From: Alistipes sp.
Lineage (GTDB): Bacteria > Bacteroidota > Bacteroidia > Bacteroidales > Rikenellaceae
Reading direction: 5' to 3'
DNA: 40,165 bases
Assembly: GCA_045592005.1 (NCBI GenBank)
Contig: JAZNTY010000108.1
Location: 1 to 40,165, forward strand
Part shown: piece after piece, positions 9,253-17,129 of the stretch
How positions within the stretch are numbered: position 1 is the first letter of the stretch
How the letters are laid out: every line of letters starts with the position of its first letter
Position numbers and translations under genes: made by a program
The notes under the pieces: generated by a model
Databases searched by the model: none
Seen by the model: only the letters and a program-made list of their open reading frames with translations
Told to the model about the DNA's origin: nothing

Positions 9253-10398
9253 ATGAGACGATTTTTAACCCTTCTATCGGTCCTAATTGCAAGTATTTCA
9301 CTACTGAGTGCTACCACTCCGGTGGAGCAGCTTCCCAAAAAGATATACTCCGACAAGTGGAAAGCGGGACACATTCAAGGTATTGCCGTAGACAGCAACC
9401 GAGAGTACATATACTACTCCTTTACTACGATGTTGGTTAAAGCCGATATGCAAGGTAATATTATCGGTACCGTAACAGGTCTGTTAGGTCATTTAGGCTG
9501 TATAGAATTTATCGATGCCGATGGTCGCCTTTATGGGTCATTAGAGTACAAAAATGACTCTATCGGTAGAGGCATCCTCAAACAGGAGAAGTCCTCAAAA
9601 CAGTGGGAAACAGCCTTCTATGTCGCCATTTTCGATGTTAATAAGATTACGCACCACAATATGAACGCCGAGCAAGATGGTATTATGACTACTGTATGTC
9701 TTAATACGGTAGTTGAGGACTATGAAGCTAAGGTAAGTGTAGAGGATAAACTGTTAGAGCATCGCTTTGGATGCAGTGGCTTTGACGGCATAACCTTTGG
9801 TCCAAAGTTCGGCTCAAAGGGTGGCAAACACTACCTAACCATAGCCTATGGCATCTACGACGACACCACTCGTCCGGACAATGACCATCAGGTACTATTG
9901 CAGTATGATACTAAGGGGTGGAAAAAGTACGAACAGCCTCTATCTCAGGAGAATATGCACAGAGCGGGTCCTAAAAAACCTAACGGAAAATATTTTGTCT
10001 ATACAGGAAACACCCGCTGGGGAGTGCAGAATTTAGAGTATGATGTAACAAACAACCTCTGGTTTTTAGCTGCTTACAACGGCAACAAGAGCAATTTTGC
10101 CAACTTTTCGCTTTTTGCCGTAGACGGCAATACTGCTGCCAAAAAGGGCAAACTTGAGGGTGTGGAGTATATCAAAAAGGGCAAATTGCTCAGCTTAGCT
10201 CAATTTGGCAACATCGACCCAAATAACCCTTCTATTCGTGGCTGGCACTTCGACAGACCAACAACAGGTATCGCCGCTTTGGGAGATAACTATTTCTACA
10301 TCTCACACCGTAAACGAGTAAAGCCTTTCCAGAGCTGTAATGCCGTACTATATCGCTTTACAGGTAACGCAAAAAGCGGATTTGAGAGGGTAAAATAG
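9253..10398 (+). CDS. Secreted hypothetical protein (possibly a beta-propeller)
   Basis: 381-aa ORF with signal peptide and recurring short motifs HIQGIAVD, FDGITFG, VQNLEYD, TTGIAAL. Confidence 0.75.
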   Translation: MRRFLTLLSVLIASISLLSATTPVEQLPKKIYSDKWKAGHIQGIAVDSNREYIYYSFTTMLVKADMQGNIIGTVTGLLGHLGCIEFIDADGRLYGSLEYKNDSIGRGILKQEKSSKQWETAFYVAIFDVNKITHHNMNAEQDGIMTTVCLNTVVEDYEAKVSVEDKLLEHRFGCSGFDGITFGPKFGSKGGKHYLTIAYGIYDDTTRPDNDHQVLLQYDTKGWKKYEQPLSQENMHRAGPKKPNGKYFVYTGNTRWGVQNLEYDVTNNLWFLAAYNGNKSNFANFSLFAVDGNTAAKKGKLEGVEYIKKGKLLSLAQFGNIDPNNPSIRGWHFDRPTTGIAALGDNYFYISHRKRVKPFQSCNAVLYRFTGNAKSGFERVK

Positions 10399-10415
10399 GT
10401 CAACTACCTATATCA

Positions 10416-10457
10416 AAAACAACTCGCAGGCAAAGGCTTGCGAGTTGTTTATTTTTT
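10416..10457. terminator. Bidirectional intrinsic terminator
   Basis: AAACAACTCGCA/TGCGAGTTGTTT stem with A/T tracts between convergent genes. Confidence 0.8.
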
Positions 10458-10482
10458 GGTTCCGATTACAAAATAGCTGTGA

Positions 10483-11397
10483 CTATATCTTATTCAAGGC
10501 ATCGAAACCCTTACCATAGACACCCATAACGGAGCCGACAGTAATAAAGGCATCCGGATCGACAGATTTAGCAATTTTGAGAATGAAAGGTGTATCGCGT
10601 TTACGACATACAACCATAACTATGTTGTGTTGGTTTTTGGTATACCAACCTTTGGCATCAAGAACGGTAGCACCTCGGTGAGCTATATTGTTCATAGCAT
10701 CAGCCATAGCTTGAAAATCTTGGCATACAATCATAATTTGGTTAGACTGCTGATTACCGGTCATAAGCATATCAACTGTATAGCTAAATACAGCTGTCAT
10801 AACAAAGCCGTAGATAACACCATCAATGCCTATATCTGCTGATGCAGGAAGCAGCAACGAGGCGCCGATAATAACAGAGTCAATAGAGCGAACTATTTTA
10901 CCATACGAAACGGTGCGATACTTGTTTATAATCATAGCTACAATATCCACGCCACCGGTAGAGCCTCCCTGGGTAAAACTGATTGCCACACCTACGCCGG
11001 AGAAGATACCTCCCAAGATAGCAGAGAGTAGGCGGTTGTCAAGCCTAAAGATATCGATAATAGTGCCATCTGGCAGTGTAAAAAGTGCCTGCATTGTAGA
11101 CATTGCAAAAGAGAGCATACAGACACAAAAGATAGTCTTGACTCCGAACTTCCAGCCCACTATAAAGCCGGCAATAATCAACAGTATAGCATTGATAATA
11201 AAGACCATAACACCAATGCTGAAAGTCTCGCCTGTAGCGTAGTAGATAAGTAGTGAAAGACCAGATGCGCCACCACCCATACACTTAGCCGGAAGGATAC
11301 AACCTATCCAGCCAAAAGCGTAGCAGAACATACCAAAGGTCATAACAAGATACTCCTTGATGACCAACAAAATACTCGATTGACCCAACTTTATCAT
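10483..11397 (-). CDS. YitT family membrane protein
   Basis: GGGASGL, GGSTGGVDI, RGATVLDAKGWYT and DPDAFI...V.G.GF motifs. Confidence 0.92.
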   Translation of the reverse strand: MIKLGQSSILLVIKEYLVMTFGMFCYAFGWIGCILPAKCMGGGASGLSLLIYYATGETFSIGVMVFIINAILLIIAGFIVGWKFGVKTIFCVCMLSFAMSTMQALFTLPDGTIIDIFRLDNRLLSAILGGIFSGVGVAISFTQGGSTGGVDIVAMIINKYRTVSYGKIVRSIDSVIIGASLLLPASADIGIDGVIYGFVMTAVFSYTVDMLMTGNQQSNQIMIVCQDFQAMADAMNNIAHRGATVLDAKGWYTKNQHNIVMVVCRKRDTPFILKIAKSVDPDAFITVGSVMGVYGKGFDALNKI

Positions 11398-11408
11398 ACA
11401 AAAAGTAG

Positions 11409-12362
11409 CTATTTAAGTTGCAAAGGTACAAATTTTTTGCCTTGATATATCTTTTTCTCCGACAATTTTTTTTCTAACATAGCCCAAAGGGTTTCATTTC
11501 GAACAAGTCCCCAATTTCTTCCATAGTGATATCTCGGTGGAGCCTCTGATGCAAAACGCTCAACAACAATATCGGGGCGTAGGCGTGCAAGGATTTCGGA
11601 GAAGAGATCTATATATTGCTCTACAGTCCAAAAATGAAATTGTTCGGGAGTTTGGTCATACTGCTCAGCCATAGTAGTGCCGCGAAAAACCTGAAGTTGA
11701 TGGAACTTTACGGTAGTAAGCGGCAGAGTATTAATTTTGTCTGTTTGTGCAATAAGTTCTGCCTCACTCTGTCCGGGCAGTCCAAGAATAAAATGCGCAC
11801 CACAATGCAACCCTCGCGCAGCTGTCATCTCTACAGCGCGCTGCGCATCCTCAAAAGTATGACCACGATTAACGGCAGCAAGGACAGTGTTATTGGTACT
11901 CTCGATACCATACTCTATAGCCACATAGTGTGTACGGGCAAGTGTAGCAAAGTAGTCAAGCTTCTGCTCATCCACACAATCGGGGCGTGTACCGACAACA
12001 ATACCCGTCACAAGAGGGTTGGATAGGGCGCTATCATAGAGCCGTTGAAGTTGTTCTAAAGGGGCATAAGTATTTGAAAATGACTGAAAATAGGCAAGAT
12101 ATTTCGTTGCTGTACGATATCTGCGGCGATGAAACTCTATACCCTCTTCAATCTGCTGTTCAACACTCTTTTCGGGAGTGCAGTAAGAGGGCGTAAAGGC
12201 TCCATTATTACAAAATGAGCATCCTCCCGTAGATAAAGTGCCATCACGATTTGGGCAGGTAAAACCCGCATTGATAGCAACTTTCTGCACACGACTGCCA
12301 AACAATCGCCTGAAATAAGCCGAATAGCTATTATACGGTCTATCATCTCCCCAGATGTGCAT
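11409..12362 (-). CDS. TIGR01212/YhcC family radical SAM protein
   Basis: GFTCPNRDG...GGCSFC, YFQSFSNTYA, GTRPDC, INRGH-like. Start moved to ATG 12362. Confidence 0.92.
   Translation of the reverse strand: MHIWGDDRPYNSYSAYFRRLFGSRVQKVAINAGFTCPNRDGTLSTGGCSFCNNGAFTPSYCTPEKSVEQQIEEGIEFHRRRYRTATKYLAYFQSFSNTYAPLEQLQRLYDSALSNPLVTGIVVGTRPDCVDEQKLDYFATLARTHYVAIEYGIESTNNTVLAAVNRGHTFEDAQRAVEMTAARGLHCGAHFILGLPGQSEAELIAQTDKINTLPLTTVKFHQLQVFRGTTMAEQYDQTPEQFHFWTVEQYIDLFSEILARLRPDIVVERFASEAPPRYHYGRNWGLVRNETLWAMLEKKLSEKKIYQGKKFVPLQLK
11421..11428 (-). promoter_or_regulatory. -7 element (TACCTTTG) for yitT inside the radical SAM gene 3' end
   Basis: Consensus match about 24 nt upstream of the yitT ATG. Confidence 0.5.
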
Positions 12363-12433
12363 ACTGCAAAAATAGTTAGAATTTTGGTAATTTTGCAACA
12401 AATTTGTATATTTGTGTGTTAAACTGTTTTAGT

Positions 12434-12889
12434 ATGGAGAAAAAACTTGAAATAGGTTACCACCACTACTCCTCCATTGAGGAGATGTCTACCGACGACA
12501 GAGCTCTTGTTGTCGAGGCTCAAGCTGCCTTAAAGAAGGCTTATCCCAAATATTCAGGTTTCAGCGTAGGGGCTGCTGTACGCCTTGCCAGCGGAGTAAT
12601 TTTACACGGAGCCAACTCCGAAAGTGAGGTATTCCCGTCAGGCATTTGCGCCGAGCGTAGTGTGCTATACTATGCCGAGGCAAACCATAGCTCAGACCCT
12701 GTTGTGGCTTTAGCAATAGCTTCTGACCCTTCAGAGCGTGAGTGTTATCCTTGTGGTGCCTGTCGTCAAGTTATCCTCGATGTTGAACGCCGTCAAGGTG
12801 TACCTATTCGCTTAATTATGAGCGGAGGAGGTTCTGCTTCGGTGGTAGATAGTGCTGCAACATTGCTCCCATTTACTTTTCAGTTGTAG
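12434..12889 (+). CDS. cdd: Cytidine deaminase
   Basis: AY.KYSGFSVGAA, ICAER and PCGACRQ zinc motifs. ATG at 12434, with TATATTTG at 12407-12414. Confidence 0.94.
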   Translation: MEKKLEIGYHHYSSIEEMSTDDRALVVEAQAALKKAYPKYSGFSVGAAVRLASGVILHGANSESEVFPSGICAERSVLYYAEANHSSDPVVALAIASDPSERECYPCGACRQVILDVERRQGVPIRLIMSGGGSASVVDSAATLLPFTFQL

Positions 12890-12891
12890 AT

Positions 12892-13590
12892 ATGTTTAGA
12901 CCCACAGATATAATATTTGAAGACAACCACCTCATTGTGGTAAACAAGCATTGTGGCGACCTTGTTCAGCCTGACCCCAATGGCGATAGCGCTTTAGAGA
13001 ACGAAATCAAGGCTTTTATCAAACAGCGTGATAACAAACCTTTTGATGTCTTTTTGGGTGTAGTACATCGCATAGACCGCCCTGTGAGCGGCGTGGTTCT
13101 ATTTGCCAAGACCTCAAAAGCACTATCTCGACTCAATGAGATGATACGCAAGGGTGAGATATCCAAACGCTATTGGGCAATAGTAGAGAGTCGTCCAGAG
13201 CAGCAAAGTGCAGAGCTCGTACACTACATCAGTCGCGATGGTAAGAGTAACCGTTCCTACTGCTACAACTCTCCAAAAGGGGATGCTAAGCGAGCTATTT
13301 TGCGCTACAATACACTCGGAGCCTCTGACCGTTATACACTTGTAGAGGTAGAACTTTTAACAGGGCGTCATCATCAAATACGCGCACAACTCGCTAAGAT
13401 AGGCTGTCCTATAAAGGGCGACCTTAAATATGGAGCAAAGCGTTCCAATCCAAATGGAGGCATATCGCTCCACTCCCGCTCAATGTCATTTATACACCCT
13501 GTGCGCAAGGAGGAGATAACCATTGAGGCACCGGTTCCTGCCGATGACAACCTCTGGCTCTTCTTTGCTCAATCTCAAGCCGGATTATAG
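12892..13590 (+). CDS. RluA-family RNA pseudouridine synthase
   Basis: HRIDRPVSG (catalytic Asp), TGRHHQIR, PIKGDLKYG. Confidence 0.93.
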   Translation: MFRPTDIIFEDNHLIVVNKHCGDLVQPDPNGDSALENEIKAFIKQRDNKPFDVFLGVVHRIDRPVSGVVLFAKTSKALSRLNEMIRKGEISKRYWAIVESRPEQQSAELVHYISRDGKSNRSYCYNSPKGDAKRAILRYNTLGASDRYTLVEVELLTGRHHQIRAQLAKIGCPIKGDLKYGAKRSNPNGGISLHSRSMSFIHPVRKEEITIEAPVPADDNLWLFFAQSQAGL

Positions 13591-13591
13591 T

Positions 13592-14044
13592 ATGAGAGCG
13601 GTCATTCAGAGAGTAAAAAGCGCCAAAGTTGAGACTAACAACAGCACTATAGCGAATATTAGCCACGGCGTAGTTGTGCTTTTGGGCGTAGAGGCTACCG
13701 ATACAGCGGAGGATATAGAGTGGCTGAGCGGTAAGATATCTCGTCTACGCATCTTTGACGACGAGCAGGGTGTTATGAATTTAGACATAAATCAGGTTGG
13801 CGGTTCAGCATTAGTAGTCAGTCAGTTTACCCTATATGCCTCGACAAAGAAGGGAAACCGTCCCTCATATATTCGTTCTGCACCGGAACCAATATCTCGT
13901 CCTATGTATGAGCAGTTTATTAGAAGCTTAGAGCAGAAGTTGGACACAAAAGTTCAAACGGGCGAATTTGGTGCCGATATGCAGGTATGGCTGATAAACG
14001 ACGGTCCGGTAACGATAATTATTGACACCAAAAATAAGGAATAG
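13592..14044 (+). CDS. dtd: D-aminoacyl-tRNA deacylase
   Basis: MRAVIQRV start, SQFTL, NDGPVT. Confidence 0.96.
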   Translation: MRAVIQRVKSAKVETNNSTIANISHGVVVLLGVEATDTAEDIEWLSGKISRLRIFDDEQGVMNLDINQVGGSALVVSQFTLYASTKKGNRPSYIRSAPEPISRPMYEQFIRSLEQKLDTKVQTGEFGADMQVWLINDGPVTIIIDTKNKE

Positions 14045-14830
14045 ATGAAAAAAATTACATCACTTTTCGTGGTACTGCTTACCATCATTACCACACAGAG
14101 CGTTATGGCATGGAACAATATCGGTCATGCCACTATCGCCGTTATTGCCGAGAGGCATATGACCGAGGAGGCAAAGGAGAAGTGTCGCAGCTACTTGAAA
14201 CACAACCTCCCTTACTACGCCTCATGGATGGACTATTGGCGCAACTGTCCGGGCTTTGAGGAGACTCACTATTGGCATGGCGTTCCTATAAACGAGAAGA
14301 ACAAACAAGTTAAGGGCGAGACTCGCAATGCTGCCTATCAAATTAAGCGTATCTGCAAGCAGATGCGTAAGTACAACAAACTTCAGGACTCCATTGTCTG
14401 CGACAATCTGAAATATCTTATCCACATGGTGGGCGATATGCACTGCCCTGTGCACACAAAGTACAGCCCTAACGAGCCAAACCTCAAGCAGCGCTCTGTA
14501 AAGATGAATGGCAAGAAAATGGGCTTCCACACATACTGGGACGCCGCTATAGGCTACTACAATAAGGGTCTAAAGTGCGACCAGATTGCTGCAAAGTACG
14601 ACACCTTGACTGCTGAGCAGATTGCTGCAATCTGCAAGGGCAATCCAGATGATTGGGCGGCTGTTAATGCCGTAGAGATGCGTGAAATCTACACCCTACT
14701 ACCTATGCATAGTGAGGTTACAGAGATTTCAGAGCAGAACCACGAGCGAATGAAGCAAATTGCCATGCAGCAGGCTCTGCGCGGTGGATATAGATTGGCA
14801 AAAGTGTTGAATGAAATATTCTCAAAATAA
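14045..14830 (+). CDS. S1/P1 nuclease, secreted, with intact Zn-ligand set
   Basis: Signal peptide ending VMA|W, then WNNIGH, ASWMDYWR, WH, LIHMVGDMHCPVH, FHTYWD and GGYRLA. Confidence 0.9.
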   Translation: MKKITSLFVVLLTIITTQSVMAWNNIGHATIAVIAERHMTEEAKEKCRSYLKHNLPYYASWMDYWRNCPGFEETHYWHGVPINEKNKQVKGETRNAAYQIKRICKQMRKYNKLQDSIVCDNLKYLIHMVGDMHCPVHTKYSPNEPNLKQRSVKMNGKKMGFHTYWDAAIGYYNKGLKCDQIAAKYDTLTAEQIAAICKGNPDDWAAVNAVEMREIYTLLPMHSEVTEISEQNHERMKQIAMQQALRGGYRLAKVLNEIFSK

Positions 14831-14835
14831 CGATT

Positions 14836-15627
14836 ATGAAGCGATATATAATATTGATATTCTGCTTATTAACTGCAAGCACAGTCTCAGCTTGGAATAA
14901 GTTTGCACAAGAGTGCATAGCGACTCTCGCGGAGCAAAATCTTACCGAAAAAGCAAAGAGCGAGACAACAAAAATCCTCGGTGGCAATCTTGCCTCTGGT
15001 GCATGGTGGCTTCAGACATTAGTTGAAAAAGATGGGACAAGGCATACTGCTCCGTGGCACTACATAAATGTTACTGCCGACCTTACATCAAAGACAACTT
15101 CTCAGAAGGATGGCGTGGTGCAGATAGAAAACTGCATCAACATTCTAAAAAACCGCGCTGAGCATAGCGACTCTACAGTCGTTGCTGCACTAAAGACCGT
15201 TATCCATCTTGTTGCCGATATGCACAATCTTGCACATGTGCGCATTGAGAATATTCCAAACTCTCGCCGCCGCTTTAACTTCCAAATATCCAATGGTTTC
15301 TCCGGTAAAAAGGAGGTTATTACAACAACATCTTGGCGCAAGTTTTGGGAGTCAAACATCATTAACCGCCACGCAACATATACCCCACAGCTCTTTGCTG
15401 ACGACCTTCAGACCTGCTATGGTGCAGATAAGGAGCGTTTTAGCAAGGGCGATGTTCGTCATTGGGCAGCAGATATGGCACGCCTTGCCGCTCCGCTGTA
15501 TAAGTGGGCACAACCTGATATGATTATGTCGCGCGAACAGCATAACCGTCTGGAACCAATGAACGACAAGACTATGGCTCGTGCAGGCTATCGTTTGGCG
15601 GCTCTGCTGAATGAGATTTTTCAATAG
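14836..15627 (+). CDS. S1/P1 nuclease paralogue with degenerate active site
   Basis: Signal peptide VSA|W, PWHYIN, VIHLVADMHNLAH and AGYRLAALLNEIF. Several ligands are substituted (see findings). Confidence 0.85.
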   Translation: MKRYIILIFCLLTASTVSAWNKFAQECIATLAEQNLTEKAKSETTKILGGNLASGAWWLQTLVEKDGTRHTAPWHYINVTADLTSKTTSQKDGVVQIENCINILKNRAEHSDSTVVAALKTVIHLVADMHNLAHVRIENIPNSRRRFNFQISNGFSGKKEVITTTSWRKFWESNIINRHATYTPQLFADDLQTCYGADKERFSKGDVRHWAADMARLAAPLYKWAQPDMIMSREQHNRLEPMNDKTMARAGYRLAALLNEIFQ

Positions 15628-16537
15628 CTACCTTGCGACTCCACCTCTGTCGGAGGATATTACCCGCAACAACAGCTACAACACCTGTAAAGATTAGCAC
15701 CGCGCCGATAATATTGGCGCGGTCTATTTTATTCTGCCCACGCCATAGAGCAAAAAGCGTTGCCACAAGAGGTTGTATATAACGATATAGCGCCGTATGC
15801 ACCGCTGTTAAGTGCGACGAGCCCACATAAAGCAACCACATCGGTAGCACAGTACCAAAGAAGAGAACATATATCAACTCCAACAACGCTCCAAAAGGTA
15901 ATCTTAAAGGGTTTATACCCACAATCTGACTACCAAAAAAGGGAGCAGACATAGCAAAGCCGATAATGTAATACCACCCCATAATCGTTAGCTCCCCATA
16001 ACGCTTTAGTTGACGATTTATCAATACGGTATTGGCAGCTATCGCTACCACAGCGCAGAGCACCAATACATTTCCAAACGCTTCGCCCTGACTTAGCACC
16101 AAACGGTGTTGCGGGTCGGCTATAAGCACCAATGCTCCGGCAATAGCCACCACCGCACCAAAGGTTTTAATACGCGAAACAGGTTCAGGGTCAACTATAT
16201 AGGCAACAAGGAGTGTAAATACCGGTCCTAAGGTCGATATGGTCGAAGCATCTATCGGCGAAGTTTGCGAGGCTCCCCATAGCAGCATATACATCCAGCC
16301 ATAGATAACAAGTATAGCCACAATAAATATTGAGCCAAAATCCTCAACTGTAATACGATATGAGCGTTTGGAGAAGAGGGCAAAAGGTATAAAAAACGCC
16401 GCTGCTACCGCCACTTGCAACATAAAAATCTGCTGAAAGCTCAGGTAATAACGGGTCAGCGAAACATAAAACGAGAAATTCGCTCCAAATAACACATTGG
16501 CAGCCACCAATGCCATATTATACTTCACCCTGCTCAC
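15572..16537 (-). CDS. DMT/EamA family transporter
   Basis: Ten hydrophobic segments in two EamA repeats, TSPIDAS, YIQPLVA. GTG start. Overlaps the convergent nuclease gene by 56 nt. Confidence 0.9.
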   Translation of the reverse strand: MSRVKYNMALVAANVLFGANFSFYVSLTRYYLSFQQIFMLQVAVAAAFFIPFALFSKRSYRITVEDFGSIFIVAILVIYGWMYMLLWGASQTSPIDASTISTLGPVFTLLVAYIVDPEPVSRIKTFGAVVAIAGALVLIADPQHRLVLSQGEAFGNVLVLCAVVAIAANTVLINRQLKRYGELTIMGWYYIIGFAMSAPFFGSQIVGINPLRLPFGALLELIYVLFFGTVLPMWLLYVGSSHLTAVHTALYRYIQPLVATLFALWRGQNKIDRANIIGAVLIFTGVVAVVAGNILRQRWSRKVAIEKSHSAEPPNDSLHEP

Positions 16538-16650
16538 ACACTCCTCTCTGCAATGATTAAGCCATAGATTTATACTGCATCGACATTCTGCCGAGCAGCA
16601 AAGCCTCTGTGAGCAGCCTTGTTACAGCTATCTACTTATAACAAATAGAA

Positions 16651-17058
16651 TTAGATACGATTAAATGCAGCAGCGAACCCCTCCACAGCCTGGTCAAGAC
16701 CTTTCTGTATTTTACCACCAACCATCATACGCATCATCATATTGAGCTCGGCGTGCAGAACCATACGCATACGGGTATCGGTAGGGGTAACTTCGTGGAG
16801 CTGGATCCAAAACGAGAAGTCAATAGGCACACCACCATCGTCGCCTACAATTTTAACCTGCTTGCAGTTGATTTTATCAATCATACGCAGTTTTATGGTA
16901 AAGCCCTTAATCTTAAATGAGCAGGTATCCTCTGTAGCCTGCCACTCCTCCACCTTATCCGCCACAGCAGGGGTAAGAAGGTTGAAGTTTGAGATAAAAG
17001 GATATATTTGCGCTGCCGACTTAAAAATCTGGCACTGCTTTGATTCGTACTTCTCCAT
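16651..17058 (-). CDS. SRPBCC/polyketide-cyclase-like protein
   Basis: MEKYESK...SNFNLL...WQATEDTCSF...LNMMMRMMVG. ATG at 17058, with TACCTTTG at 17089-17096. Confidence 0.8.
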   Translation of the reverse strand: MEKYESKQCQIFKSAAQIYPFISNFNLLTPAVADKVEEWQATEDTCSFKIKGFTIKLRMIDKINCKQVKIVGDDGGVPIDFSFWIQLHEVTPTDTRMRMVLHAELNMMMRMMVGGKIQKGLDQAVEGFAAAFNRI

Positions 17059-17129
17059 AGGTAATGCGTGTTGTCTTTTTTTGCGGGGCAAAGGTAGTAA
17101 AACTTTGCGGAAAAAGTTAGGTAAAAATA

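Noticed and set aside
15572-15627. 56-nt convergent overlap as a toxin-antitoxin or antisense system
   Set aside because: Most simply a stop-codon read-out extension of the EamA tail; no other support.
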